A program made the position numbers and the translations under genes. The notes under the pieces are model-generated. The model saw only the letters and a list, made by a program, of their open reading frames with translations, had not been told where the DNA came from and made no database searches. A DNA stretch of 63,898 nucleotides, the filler included, from Asterionella formosa (Eukaryota): assembly GCA_002256025.1 (NCBI GenBank). It is 5 parts of 5 records of this genome, joined end to end, with 100 filler letters (N's around TTAATTAATTAA, not from the genome) between each part and the next. Parts side by side here need not be neighbours in the genome. Positions count along the whole stretch, not along the records: positions 1 to 29,040 come from NKIB01001100.1; 4 more parts are not named here. One strand, given 5' to 3'. Below are positions 12,908 through 26,749 of the stretch, one piece after another. Numbering within the stretch: the first letter of the stretch is position 1; each line of letters opens with the position of its first letter.

Positions 12908-13888
12908 TCAATACAAACCGAATCAAATCGTACAAATATACATTACGCAGAGTATTTCAATACCAATCTTTCAAAGATAATACTAGTAGTTAGGCGATTG
13001 GACAGGAAGCAGGTGGATGCAATCAATATCTATCTCTGTGTCACAAAACTGTGCATCGCGATGATGACTGTATTGACTCCAATGCCAATAACATTAAAGA
13101 CTCACATTATAATTCTTTATTGAATCGAACTTCCCTTTTAAGTAAATTACTGACTTTGTGACTGTGACACCAATGTGTGATCTGATCAATCCGGTAACTA
13201 GTACTTGACCACTGCGCAAAGGCAATCACCAAGACTTTTAATTGCGTGGATTGTTTCTGCAACAGTCCAGGGTGTTATTCCGCCCCATTCATTGCTTGAT
13301 AGAACAGCTATGCAATACGAAGTTGACATTCACCATGCTGCAGCATATTGTTACATATTAAGGAACTGTTGTCTTGTTGTCTCCATCAAATTCGCCAAGC
13401 AGCTTTGAGTCTATTACTATGAGATTCATGAGCGAAGGGGCCATAAATGTGGAATATGCTGTAAGGAAGAAGTGAATGGATCAAGGAAATGGAAATGTGT
13501 CATCTTTTCAGCAAGTTTTCTTGCAACATGCACATTTGCACGACATTTGGACCAGGAGTGATCGTATGATTGATCGATCCTAACTTTGATGAAAAGGGTA
13601 CAATGCTATCACCTTGTATATTAGAGTTTTGCAGCATCATTTGGCTGGTAATTCAAGTCCAGATGGGGATTTGAGATCTTTCGGCAAGGAATTGTTATGG
13701 GGTGTTTTCAGCCCAGTGGATTTCCATCCATTGTTTTGGCGGGCTTCCAGGCAGCGTCGAATGTAATAGAATGCATCTTACAAAAAGCAAAATTCCAACT
13801 TGGTGGAGAAGCAGAGCTTATGACATTTTATGGATTGCAATTACTTGAATGAAAAACAATACACGTTATAAATCATACTAACTTTGCT

Positions 13889-14598
13889 CTATCCTTGCAA
13901 AGTGGTAAGAAGCATGAATACAAAACAGTGAAATTCACAGAAGCAGGATTCCAACTGTAAGAGCAACGCAGCATCAGGATATTGTTGGACCAAGAATTCC
14001 AACACTTGAAGGGGTGCATTATTTTCCCATGCTAAGTGCAAAGGAAGTTTTCCCCAATACTCCTTTTCCATGACAGAATCAGGATATCTTTGGACCAAAA
14101 ATTCTAACACTTCAAGTGGTGCATTATTCATACATGCAAAGTGCAAAGGAAGACGTTTACAATAATAACTCTTTTCCTTGAAAGAATCAGGATATTGTTG
14201 GACCAAGAATTCCAACACTTGAATTGGTGCATTATTTTTGCATGCATAGTGCAAAGGAAGTTTCCCCTGATTATCTTTTTCCTTCACAGAAGCAGGATAT
14301 TGTTGGATCAAGAATTCCAACACTTCAAGTGGTGCATTTCTTTTACATGCATAGTGCAAAGGAAGCATTCCATTCTTCGTTTCTTCGATATAGTTGGGAT
14401 TTGTTTCCATAATTCTATGAATCTCATTAAGTGGGTTTCGATGCTGGAGCGCCGCAATTAAGGACCCAAAAGAAATGACATCATATTCTGCTGTGGAACC
14501 AAAAATGTAAAGAGAGCAATGATGAGAGTTGTCACGATCGCAAAAATTTGTGTGAAGTCCTTTTCTGTTCTTGCACACGTACAGTCCTCAATAAGCAT
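13889..14598 (-). CDS. Ankyrin-repeat protein (diatom LPLHYAC type); both ends uncertain, probable short 5' exon
   Basis: Four tandem ~35-aa repeats G.LPLH.AC..NAP..VLEFL.QQYP; putative intron ~14582-14491. Confidence 0.8.
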
Positions 14599-17500
14599 GA
14601 AGCCTGTATTGGTAGTTGTTGCACTTCAGTTTGAAGGCTAACACACAGTAAACCACAGCGTTGTTGTGTTCAGCGAAGTAACTATGTATCAGCAGAGGTC
14701 AACTAGCAAGCTATTGGACAAGTCTCAGTACTTCCGGAAATACAACTAACGCCATATGATTAATAAGTCTAATTATACCATGTATGATATGTGACACAGA
14801 GTGTGATAGTTGAAACAGATAAGTCAAATGAATGCGTATCTTAGTCTTGTCTCCAAAGCCGATACCAGGTTACCTGGTACCAGGGGTACCGGTAGTCATC
14901 ACCATGGCTGAGTGAGTCAAATTTTGAATCTAGTCATGAACATGACTCAATCTGTACTCATTTTAGAGTTAGGATGATGCCTTCTACACATGGAGCAGTC
15001 CTCATAACAGATGGAAATTTTGGCCCGGTATGCCCTCTACGGGAACGTCATGTAGGCCAATGGTTATTTAAGAAACATTTAAATTCCATTTCTTCCCTTT
15101 CTTCTATAGTCGAATATTCTAGTTTTCCATGACCCCCTTTCCTTTTGATGGCTGAATCTCGGATGTTGGTGGTACCCGGTACAAGGAGCCAGGATACCAT
15201 CACGATGACTTGCACCAGAACCAAGCTAGTTTGTTGCAACAAATGGATAGGTCTTTTATGGTTGTTCTTGCTAATGAAAGCAATACAACTACTAGTCCTG
15301 TTGAGAATCAAAGAGCACCAGCAGATGCATTGATAAACACCAAAAAGTCTATATTTGTTAATTTAATTTCCACTAATATACATTGTGGATAGTTTGTCCT
15401 CCTGAAGAATGGTGACATCAGAAGATTGTTGGCTGTGGACACCTCATGGGACAGACACATTCTCTTCCAACAAGTGTATCCAACTGCACCTGGAAGCCTC
15501 TTTCCACTACAGCAATACCAAGTAGTTCTAGTCCCTGAGCATGTTGCTGGTTCCAAGATCATCACAATAAACCAAGACTCCATTGCCAAAATTTTTTCCT
15601 CATTCATGCTTTCCATATAACTTTACATTGCACATCTCCAAATGGAATTGTTGTTAACTGTGGCTACTTCAGCAAGTTTATGAAATAGGATGGATCATTA
15701 GAGAGCATCCCAGCAATAACAACCAACAACAATGACTTGGAGGATTGCGAAAACTTTGACACTAGTCTTCAATGGCTGGTAGACTTACCTTCTCTTCCAC
15801 CATTTTTCTTTTCTGTTAAGAGTCAGGGAGGCATCCACCAAAGCTCTATCCTCCTAACGGAATTTTCTCTATCCAAACTCTACCATTAGATTATATGGAG
15901 TAGGCAAGGCATGTTGGGATTACATGCTTCGACGATTTGCGTTTTTGTTCCTGCTTGATGATGATGGTGCAATGAATTTATGCTATGGTGCTTCCACCTA
16001 TGACTGGGTAACTCATTTCAAGACTAAATTTAAAAACTTTGGATGCAACTTTAATATATATGATGACACGACAAATGTGCTATGTATGAAGCTACGTTTT
16101 GTTGAGGCTCTTGCAATGACGACGTTGTTGCTCCTTTTGTTTGTTTCCCTTCTTCCCATTTTGATTCATAGCTTCTTTCTAAAGGAAATTTTCTAACTGA
16201 TAGGGTGCTACAGAGGGTTTGTTATAAGATAGTAGAAACCAGCAGTGAAAGGATCATGGTAGTATGTGATGTCTGACATCACGTACTAGCTGACATGAGT
16301 CATGTCAGCTGGTTCTACTAATCGAGATGGCACTTATGCTAGCAAAAACAGTCAATTAGCTACTATAGAATCATTTATTTCAATTTAAATTAGTTGAATA
16401 AAATTTATTATATAGTTTCTATTGCAAATTGAAGTAGTCATCAACATCACCAGTTCTCCACAATGCGCTCCTTACCGAAATTACCAGATGGGTTCTACAT
16501 GACCTTTATTCAATAGTTTTGCGCCACCTGCATTCCCACCATGATTTGTGTTGTTCATGTAAACCCTTTTTAACTTTTGATTGACACTTTCTATCCTTGA
16601 TTGCTATACTTCTATAGATTTCCAAACAGCTTGACTTAGTAGACCCCCAGTTGCTGAGACCCAATCATATGGATAAATTTTGTCAAATGTCTTGTTCCTG
16701 TTAAATCAACCCTTTTTCCATGAAACTGCTGCACAGGTCATGGAATTCAGAAAAGTCTTCTTCTCGTCTGGCAGCTCCCATTAGATCCTGATAAATCCCA
16801 ATCATTTCCAAGCACTTCGCTTCGCACTGCAAAGGCTGATTGTTTTGATCCAGCATCGGACTAAACGCAGTCCTGATCACACAATCGAAGCCGCTAACAT
16901 ACTTCCTTGACCTTGGATTGGTCAGGTTCTCCTTCTCCACACTTGTCTTTTCTTGGGAGAGAGGGTTAAGCAGTGGCAAAAATGTAGCATTCGAGCTTGA
17001 GCCACCAAGACACAAAGATTTCCATTTGGATGACATGTCCTGGGGTCTCATCACATCAAATGGACGTTATGACTTTTAGGTAAGCCTACCTTGCGCAGTT
17101 GCTTCATAAAGGTAAAGAAATCTTTCATAACCTCGTGGTAAGCCTTGTTGCTGTCGTTTGCAAATAGAATCTTGAAGGAGAAACATTGTTTGCATGATTG
17201 GAACTTGCTATTGAGAAAAAGCGGCTGGTTTGTCCATGGATCAATTGATTATTTGTGGCAAAGTATGAAACGGACCAATAGTTCAGACAAACAATACTTT
17301 GTCAATGCAGCACCATCCAATGTGAAGGACAGTAACACCTTTTTTCCTGTGTTTCCAACTTTACAGTGCTCGAACAACCCAAACTTTTGCATCAGATAGC
17401 TAGCGTACTAGATATGGCTCAAAAGTAAATTGGTAAGTTGGCCCACAGTCAGTCATTGTTCTTGACCACTGAATGAAAGTCGTTGCGTGCCTTTATGATT

Positions 17501-17690
17501 CTTGTGCCTTTTCTTAATAGTTGCTGATCCAGGAATTTTCATCATATAACCCGTCTGTGACAATGGCTATTAATTACAATAGAGCTTCAGGAATGGATAC
17601 CCTCATGTTCCATTGCATATTAGTGTTTGTATTTGGCCTTGTCGTGGACAAGGATTCAGATGAAAAATGCTATAAATAACTCGTGAATGA

Positions 17691-19067
17691 TTAGTTTTTG
17701 GTAATGCTTCCATAAATCAACTGCTCATCTTGCGAAATTGACAATACTCTGTGATTTTGTAATCGAGGTCTCCAAATCGACCCTAGGACGAGAAACACCA
17801 TAACAGCAAAGCAGCAAGTCGCCACACCCAAAACGAGATTATGTTGAACATATCCATCGGATGAAATTCTCCGGTTGGAACTCGCCATTGTCGAAGTCCC
17901 GCAATCACGTAAAGAACCTGCCATTAGAAAAGTGCGCTTGCCAGTTTTTTGCAAAACAACAGTGTTCCATTTGTCCATGATGAGAGCACTAGTAGATAAT
18001 CTTGTATCACCAAATCCCACATTGTGCCACATGGGCTGACTATCCCAATCACAATTAATGTAGCACCACATATCAATGTCGTATTTTTCAATGAGGTCCA
18101 ATGTAGGTTGGAACCATCGATTCCAAGGATCGTCCTCCATACCATCACTGGGCGACATTCTACTGCTACCCATGTCAATTCCACCAAATGGTGTTGACTC
18201 GGCAATCATAGTGGGCTTGTTACGGGACGTTGCAAACTCCAACACTTCATCCATTTCTTGAAGCGATGACCCTCCTATGAAATCTCCCTGAAACTGTCCA
18301 TGAGAATACACTTGCTGAAATACACTAACCCCAATCCAATCGACCAAGTGATCTCCAGGATAAAACTGGTGCAATGGGAAATTCCTTGGAGCTGCCCATG
18401 AATGCCAAACAAACAACGTCTTGGACGCACAGTTGGTTTTCAAATGACAAGCCTTGTGCAGATGTGCAAATGCTTGTTGATACAATGTTGGATCGTCAAA
18501 GCCAAAGGATGGATTGTCAAACTCATACCCCACTCGAAGGAACACTTTGGTTGCTCGAGTTTCTTGCAGGTACTCCACAAGTGCATCCACTTGATCCTTT
18601 AGTTTTCCAGTTACAATGTCTCGACAACCAGCGGTACCATTCAGCCAAAGTCCAATTTGGAGGCCGACGTTTTCATTTGGGAAGAGGGAGTTCACCAAGC
18701 CTTCTCCATATTCCACCCCAGAGCCATAGTCTATTGGGTACTCCAAGCCACGAAGAGATTGAATGTCCGTATACACCATAGCTGCTGCCGGGACAAAGGA
18801 CTGCCGCGGTTCCGTACTGTGTGTAGGAATGAAATATTTTTGATTTCGTTCAGTCTCAACATCACACTCACATAGATGATGGCGCTATCAAATAGCAACA
18901 AATAGTGCAGCGAACGGATACCAACCCATTCGTTGTTCTCACCTTCCCCGATGCAAGGAGGCATTGTACTGCGCTGTCACATACTCTTGAATGGAAAACA
19001 AGTCCTGCCCTATGGCAAGATAAGTAGATCCCTTGGGAGGTCGGCAGCTGTGGTCAAAAGGGCTCAT
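17691..19067 (-). CDS. Glycoside hydrolase family 26 (beta-1,3-xylanase-like) with C-terminal TM; exons ~19067-18943, 18816-17691; true start uncertain
   Basis: LAIGQD in exon 1, FLRVGYEFD (acid/base Glu), FYPGD..VDWIG, KPTMIAESTP (nucleophile Glu), YINCDW; GT-AG intron keeps the frame; hydrophobic helix near the C-terminus. Confidence 0.85.
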
Positions 19068-19917
19068 GATATTTGTTGAAATATATGGCGCCGTGGATTT
19101 TTATTCTGCTACATAAATTCTGTCTATTTCCGTTTCGACATTCCGAAGACAACAGTATTCGGACACCTGTCGACATCAACAGCCTAACAGACACACTTTG
19201 ACAGATATTGGTCTCATCCCTATCACCTAGAATCATGCTGAAGACAATTCCCGATCTAGCTATTGTCTTGCCATCTGGTTCCTTTTCCAGGAATTTTCAG
19301 GCATCAAACTGACTGTCACTCACCTTGTTGAATGTTGCTCAAATTGCACATTTTAATTGAGCCTCAGACTCCAAACGCTTTGCCCCTTTTCCATACCATG
19401 GACTTGAGTCAAGAATTGTCCTAATTCAGGTAAGGTTGCATCTGGAGTGCATGTAGCTTCCTGTGTTTGTCTTGATCAAACTGTGATGTCATGATGGGCT
19501 TGTGACCATATTCCAATAGATAGCCAGCAGGGCTTGGCAGCAATTGGTGCCACATAATTAAAAAAAAGCTTGAATCTTGCCCTTGCCATTGAAATCCTTT
19601 TTCAGGTAGTAGTACAGTATGCCTTGATGATAGAATCATTGAAAGAGATCTTTCAGCTTGGTTTGGGTGGTGGTGTTTGGTTGGTACATTGCTGATGCGA
19701 TGGCTGGCTCCATCAGATGGATTTTCAAGGATGACAGGTGATATTTTCTTTAAAAAAATTGGTTGCAAACCAAAGCCCAGCAGTGTTGATGATGTCCTTA
19801 GTGTATTTACATTATAACCCACAACATTGATGGATTGGCTGGTTTCAGTTATTGGGATCCAGATCCATACAAGAAGCAAGCAAGCCCAATCCAAGGTTTT
19901 CGACAAGAGTTTCAAAA

Positions 19918-20031
19918 CATCTGCTTTGTCTGCTAATAAAAACCATCATATTCCTATTTAAAAATCCTGTGCCACTTAGCGTACCATACCCTTGATCCTA
20001 TATTCATGATGATAGTTTTTATTTGCAGACG
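19918..20031. mobile_element. Minimal (~110 bp) copy A of the CGTCTGCAAATAAAA-TIR family
   Basis: Left gtctgctaataaaaaccatcat, right atgatagtttttatttgcagacg, and the internal family motif aaaatcctgtgccacttagcgta..atacccttgatcc. Confidence 0.75.
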
Positions 20032-21989
20032 TTTCGATGATGGCAAGTGCCATGGTATACCTGCTTGTGTTTCAGGTTCCTAATAACATCTGTTTGTGTA
20101 GCAGATCCAAAAACATAATTGCTTGATCAAATGGTATTCGCATAGTCTTTGGCAGTTGCAACCGACTTTGGATTTTGGGAATCAGGGTGGCAATCATAAG
20201 CTCCAGTATTTGGATCAATGACGGCAACAGTTTTGGTAGTACTTTGTGTCAGAATCACATGCACCACTGTCGCTCCAATCCGAATCATGACAAGCAACAG
20301 AGCTGGAGCTGTCAAAATCAGAATATTTTTTGCTATATTGGAATCTTTCGCAGTTGTAACGGATCAATTGCTTTTACAAGGTTCTTTAACAAAACTGACT
20401 GCACATTGTGTATGAGCAGAAGGCATATAGCCAGCAAGAAGGGTACTATTGTTGAGGCAATTCACAAACTAGCTATTGTTGCGCCATTTGCTTCCCGCTC
20501 ATGTCCACAAACAGCGCCATACCACCAAACAAAAACATTTTATGGCTAAATACGGCCATCATAGCAGTGCAAGCGTTGCATAACGAAGGAGCGAGGGATC
20601 AACCTGGGAGACACAGCCCGGCTGCGCCTTGCAAAACAAATCGAGATTCTGGAGGGACGACGCCCACGAACACAATACTGGCCATCATAATTCTTCCTTC
20701 TTCTTTTGTGCCCCTAGGGCCCAAGTGTTATCCCCCCCTCTAGGGGCTGCAGGTGGTGGTGTGGAATCACATGATCGAAGGCACAGATGTTGGAAGGCGA
20801 AGGGTGGCGGAAGGATGAAAAAAGAAGCACAGATGTTCGAAACAAGGAAAGGGGGGCAGAAGGATGTAACCATCAAGTTGTTGGGCAGAATGGGCTGTTG
20901 TGGAGGCTAATAATCGATGGAGAAAAGAAAAGAGAACAAGAGGAAAGAAAACACAAAACGGGGCTTACCGGGTTAAGATTCAAGGATCGAACGGAGGTCA
21001 ACAATCCATTTGGTTCTTTAGTTGATTAAAAAGGGTATGGTGGGGCATTTGAACTGGATACCTGGTCTGAGCTAACAAGTGATGACTTACATTCATTTCA
21101 CATTTATTTTTGAAAAAAATATACTCGAAATTTATTTCTTGAGAGAAGTGCTGATCACTTGACTAATTAATAATTATTAAAAGAATAAGTGAACCCCAAG
21201 TGTGAAAACGTATGACGACCCATGTGATTCAGCTAAAAAACTAAGATTAGGTATGATGCGAGGCCAAGCTCTCCAATAAATGGGCCTGGAAGTTGTTCCC
21301 CCCTAAAGAAAGTCACCCCAAGACAACGACCATAGATACCACGGAAATTATATGATGAAGACTATTGATGATTCATATGGAAAGCAAAAATCGATTTGGG
21401 TCTGCTGAGAGTTGAACCAGATATAATAATTAGGTCTGCATCGACTAATTTGAAAACAGCTTTGTTGTCGTGTTGGATAATCAAGGGTCATGTCATGAAG
21501 GCTAATGATTCATATTGAATGTCAGACTTGGTTTGGTTCTGCCCAGTGTTCAACTCAATGAAACAATTGAATAACTATCCTTTTTGAGTTCTAGGATCAT
21601 AATTTCATTGTCATGACGAAGTTTATTAGTTCATGAATTTGAAATCAAGATAAGATGTTGGTCCACTGACAGCCAATTCAACTCGATAAATTTCATTCAT
21701 TTTCAGTTGCATCCACTTGTTAAAACGAAAACCAACATAGCTGGTTGGTATTGAGTAGATGAATCTATAATCATAACAAAGGATATCAACACCTGTGGAG
21801 AGTGAAAATACATTTGGGTTTGCTGACAGATTCATTAAAAATCAAATTCTAATTGAGTGGAGTTTTGGTTAAAGAAGAGAAGAAGGCTGGAATGATAACC
21901 TATCAAAAATAAAATATGGTTCTGCTGAGTATAGCCAAGTTCTGTGGGCAAGATGGAGGGAAGGGAAAGATTTGTGACAGCACAAAAAT

Positions 21990-22260
21990 TGTATAGTAAA
22001 GCAATCATTTGGAGTATTAATTTCCTTCATCATTCTCTTCATATCAAAATTTATCTTTCATCCTAGGAAAGGACCCCTGAAGACACCTCATTCCCCATTC
22101 AGACAACTACCTGACTGAAGTGGCTCGACAATTTATCCAAATCTTTGACAAAGGGTTACCATTCATGTCATCATGGTGTGATTTGACCATTGAACTCACA
22201 TCAAACTTGTCTGTGTACACAACACAGGATTTCAAAAAATAATTCAGCCTTGCTTTGATA
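21990..22260 (-). pseudogene. PIF/Harbinger transposase C-terminal remnant
   Basis: Minus strand reads ATSVR*LSEWGMRCLQGSFPRMKD, matching the DDE_Tnp_4 'R..AEWGM..Q.SFPR' motif; contains a stop. Confidence 0.55.
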
Positions 22261-23158
22261 GGATGCTACTACGATCTAGTACCAGGCAGCTACCGGACAA
22301 TCGTCCAGGAGAACGCCCTGAAGGAGATCTTTCTCCACAATAACTTCAATCGAAAATCACTAGGAATAGTCATGAATGTTCGTATGTATTGATGATCAAC
22401 AGGCAGTTTGATCATTTTCTCAAATACTTTGTCCGGTATGGAACTGAACTGATGTACCTGCGTGCATTGGTTGTCACACGAACCACTCTCGGTGGTTGCA
22501 ATGAAACAGCCGTTAAACATATGACCGGTACTCTGAATTGAGCAAGTTGCGGTCATTTTGTTTAAATAGTCAATTTAATATGGGATAAAGATAGCTACAT
22601 ATTTAGCTTCAGCACAATTACCGCAACTTGCAGGTACAAGATGAATTGGCTCATAATGTAAACCACGCACATGCATTGGTGAAAGAGTTCGAAGGAAAAG
22701 ACCTTAAATGACTGCGAAAACCCAATGACGAACGCAAAAATACGCAAATGAATGGGGAAACCCGGATATGAGACTTTTTCACATTCATCTCCGGTTTTCG
22801 TGGTCTTTTTTATTCTTTTGCCAGCTATTGCGAACTTTGCATTCTCTTGAGTCCATCTTGGAAAACGTAAATGCGAAGTGAATTTTAGATAAAGAGCAAA
22901 TATTTTTATTTATCTTATTTGTTCTTCGATGGAGTTTCTTTCAGCATCCCCTGATGCATTTTGCATTAGTACCCTAGACATGGTACCAGTACGTAGAGCT
23001 ATACGTAAATGGCTGGTTTCCATTATGGAGTACTAGGTAAGCACATGTTTCTGCAGTAACATCAATTGTTAATTTGTGTGTTCCTCTGTCTCACAACTTC
23101 GTTGTATTCCAGGATACCCACCGACTGATTGTCGTTCTGGATCTCATCAAACAACAAC

Positions 23159-25120
23159 ATGAACCAAACTACCGCAGAATACCTCGCAAGAAAGCTCCGA
23201 ATTGCTGGGAGAAGTCGTGACGACGTTTCTTCCTTGACACCCACTGAAAACCATCACCACGAAGAGACATCGGAAAACAGTCCCGCGTTCGCTGTGGGCA
23301 TTGTTGTCGATGTAGACTCTGGAGAAAAAGCACAACGTAGACTTCAAATGATAACGGCATTTACATCATTTACGTTGGCTGCCGTAGTAGCTACTGTTGT
23401 TGCACTCGCTGTTGTATCTACCCGTCCGGACCCTACTACTCCATCACCACCTACAGCAGTTCCCATAGTTTTTTCGCTGGCTCCGTCAGGTCTAAGATTG
23501 GTTCCTTCCACACCAAGTCCTTCTACTTATGTTTCAACGTTCGCTTCATCGCCAAGTCTCTTTGAATTCTTGGCTCAACATTCATTTGACAGTGGGAGGT
23601 CGCTTTCAACTAATGGGACTTCACAACAACGGGCCATGACTTGGGTGGCAACATCGGTATATAATGGTACCACAGACTATCTTTTGTTGCAATTCTATGC
23701 CTTGGCAGTGCTATATTATGCCACTGGTGAAGCACTCTCAAGCCAATCATGGTTGCAACATCATAATGGAAATGTTTCTCATTACAATTTTTGTGAATGG
23801 GGTAGGATCGATTGCAGTACCGGGAGCGATATCACAGATTTGGATCCTTCTTGTGGACTTTTTGGATCCCTCCCCCCTGAGGTTGGACTCTTGACAAGTC
23901 TTACATACCTCTCATTTTACTCCAATACGTTCACTGGCAACCTTCCCACAGAGATTGGACGCTTGACGAGTCTCACTGGCCTATCATTATTCTCCAATAC
24001 TTTCACTGGCATGCTTCCCACCGAGATCGGACTCTTGACTAGTCTCACTGAACTATCATTATACTCCAATACTTTCACTGGGGCTCTTCCCACAGAGATT
24101 GGACTCATGACAAGTCTCACTGAACTATCATTATACTCCAATACTTTCACTGGGACTCTTCCCACAGAGATTGGACTCATGACAAGTCTCACTCAACTAT
24201 TATTATACTCCAATACTTTCACTGGGACTCTTCCCACAGAGATTGGACTGTTGAAAAGTCTCAATGTTCTGTCATTATACTCCAATGCTTTCACTGGGAA
24301 TCTTCCCACAGAGATTGGTCTCTTGACAAGTCTCAGAGAACTATTATTATACTCCAATATTTTCTCTGGGAGGCTTCCCACAGAGATTGGACTGTTGACA
24401 AGTCTCTCTAAACTACCATTGTTCTCCAATACCTTACTTGGAACACTTCCCACAGAGATTGGACTCTTGACAAGTCTCAATGATCTATTATTATACTCCA
24501 ATACTTTCACTGGCAACCTTCCCTCAGAAATTGGACTCTTGATAAGTCTCACTGATCTATCATTATTCTCTAATACTTTTACTGGATCCCTTCCAACAGA
24601 TATTGGACTCTTGAAAACTCTTGCTAAACTATCATTATACGACAATATGTTCGCTGGGACCCTTCCCACAGAGATTGGACTCTTGACAAGTCTCACTGAA
24701 CTATCATTACACTCCAATATGTTCGCTAGGACCCTTCCCACAGAGATTGGAAAACTGACAAATATTGCATTTCTATATTTGTTCTCAAATACTTTCACTG
24801 GCATCCTTCCAACAGAGATTGGACTCTTGGCAAGTATCGAATATCTATTTTTGTATGAGAATACTTTCACTGGCATGCTTCCGACAGAGATAGGACTCTT
24901 GACAAGTCTTGAATATCTTTTGTTGTATAACAATACTTTCACTGGCACACTTCCCACAGAAATTGGACGCTTGTCAAGTCTCTCAGAGCTTATGGTACAG
25001 AACAATATATTCACAGGTACAGTGCCAACTGAGATTGGATTTTTGACAAGTCTCACTGCGCTAGGATTGAGCAACAATACATTCAATGGTTCTGTCCCCA
25101 CAGATTTTGGGGATATCTAG
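23159..25120 (+). CDS. Single-pass membrane leucine-rich repeat protein (diatom receptor-like type)
   Basis: N-terminal TM, P/S/T stalk, SQQRAMTW..QFYALAVLYYAT cap, C.W..I.C, then ~17 24-aa LRRs (LPTEIGLLTSL..L.L.SN.FTG). Confidence 0.92.
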   Translation: MNQTTAEYLARKLRIAGRSRDDVSSLTPTENHHHEETSENSPAFAVGIVVDVDSGEKAQRRLQMITAFTSFTLAAVVATVVALAVVSTRPDPTTPSPPTAVPIVFSLAPSGLRLVPSTPSPSTYVSTFASSPSLFEFLAQHSFDSGRSLSTNGTSQQRAMTWVATSVYNGTTDYLLLQFYALAVLYYATGEALSSQSWLQHHNGNVSHYNFCEWGRIDCSTGSDITDLDPSCGLFGSLPPEVGLLTSLTYLSFYSNTFTGNLPTEIGRLTSLTGLSLFSNTFTGMLPTEIGLLTSLTELSLYSNTFTGALPTEIGLMTSLTELSLYSNTFTGTLPTEIGLMTSLTQLLLYSNTFTGTLPTEIGLLKSLNVLSLYSNAFTGNLPTEIGLLTSLRELLLYSNIFSGRLPTEIGLLTSLSKLPLFSNTLLGTLPTEIGLLTSLNDLLLYSNTFTGNLPSEIGLLISLTDLSLFSNTFTGSLPTDIGLLKTLAKLSLYDNMFAGTLPTEIGLLTSLTELSLHSNMFARTLPTEIGKLTNIAFLYLFSNTFTGILPTEIGLLASIEYLFLYENTFTGMLPTEIGLLTSLEYLLLYNNTFTGTLPTEIGRLSSLSELMVQNNIFTGTVPTEIGFLTSLTALGLSNNTFNGSVPTDFGDI

Positions 25121-25821
25121 TATAATTGCTCAGTATGGTCATATGTGCACTGACGCAAACAATATAAATGGCATTGAAGGATTCATTTCTAAATATACCT
25201 TTAAATAAAATTACTATGACTATTGATTACATTATAATGTGAGGATATATAACACAAGCAAACATAATAATATTGCATAGTCATCATCAGGTGTCATAAT
25301 TAACTTGTCGTTGAGTTGAGAAGTGTTGAGTGTATGCAGGCTGCAACTCATTAAAAAGCACTTTCGGCATCCAGAGCGAACAAATGACTTCATTTATCTT
25401 ATAGACCAAACCAGTCCAAATATGGACATTAGTATGGTCACGTGATGCGCCTGTTCCAGCAGTTGTGTTTGATCTATGGCATTGTATTTTACATCTCCAA
25501 GGGCGGAGAAGTGCGATAAACTGAAGGGTCAGATTTACAATTTTCCAATGCCCGGCTATTGGATTTGCTTGTGAAAACCAACAAGGAAGTTGCAGAGCAT
25601 GTCAGGCACACATATAAGCATGGCTAGCACTGTTAGGCTTGTGATTGAAAATCTCACCATATCAGGAGCCCTAGCAAATGAGTAGTCTTAAAGTTCTTGG
25701 CTAATTAACGTGAAGTTAAATTTTAAAATGGAGGAAGGATGATAAATTAATAATATAATGGGAAATAGCACACTAGAAATGTCAGAAGAGAGCAAGAAGA
25801 TTTAGCTGAGCAAAATGGGTT

Positions 25822-26745
25822 TTAATCAGAAATACTATGAGATGGATGCGGCCTTGGTATGGTTGATCTGACGATAGAACAAGGTATCCGTGCAGTCGAA
25901 GGATATCCCAAAAATATGCCAATGACGAAGTGGGCAAATGATGGATATCTCAGCCAGGATAACGCAGCTGGAGGCTGGAGGCTAGGTGTGAAGAACATTT
26001 TACGACTCCTCCATCCGGACAAAGAGATACTGTATCTCACTAAAATATGCAACATGAAAATAGATGTTTGCGACTCATGGTCAATCCAAAAGTCATGTCA
26101 ACACGATGAAATGATAATGACCATATTCAATAACATAGGCATCAGTGGATATAAGCAATTTAATTTATATGCATGTCGGATTTATCTCCAAGAAGTAACG
26201 ACACTATCAGATAATGAGCCAGCTGATGGAACTGGCATATGTACAGAAATTTTGGATTGCACTAGGATTCCGAATCGATATTCAAAATGGAAATGGCCGC
26301 AGCAACCGGAACGTACTGATACACAGAAAGAGGATTGGAAGGAAGCCATTCTCAAGTCTCTAGTAACACAAGGTTCAAAGAAACTTCTACAATTGAAGCA
26401 AAGACTAGGGATATGGTTTTCGAAATCTTCAATGGAATGGACAACGAAATTTCATGCGCAAAGAAAGATCATATGGATATATTCCAGTTACAAGAAAAGT
26501 TGGTTAATGTATCAAAAAATATATATACTCAACCTACAAGACTAAAGTTTGACGTGAAAACTGGTAGAGCAAGGCACATACGCCAACCACCAACGGAAAG
26601 TTGTCCATGTAATCTACTGTCTCGTGGGAGGATAAAACACCGACACAAAGTATCAGAGGTAGAAAACTCAGGAGGTCCAATAAAAACATACTGGGATTTT
26701 AGAAATTATCATTGGCGGTGCCACTGGCAGTGCTATTATCGGTGA
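25822..26745 (+). mobile_element. Degenerate non-LTR retrotransposon ORF2 fragment (post-RT region)
   Basis: GLG..DL..EQG, ACRIYLQ..TLSD..ADG and S.W.WP.Q..P motifs typical of diatom LINE ORF2; frameshifted and abutting the Copia fragment. Confidence 0.65.
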
Positions 26746-26749
26746 CAAT

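Noticed and set aside
14850..17400. Broken coding-like fragments (e.g. FTLDGAAL)
   Set aside because: Probably TE debris, but no motif strong enough to classify.
23917..25101. Long antisense ORFs opposite the LRR gene
   Set aside because: By-product of 72-bp repeat periodicity lacking antisense stops.
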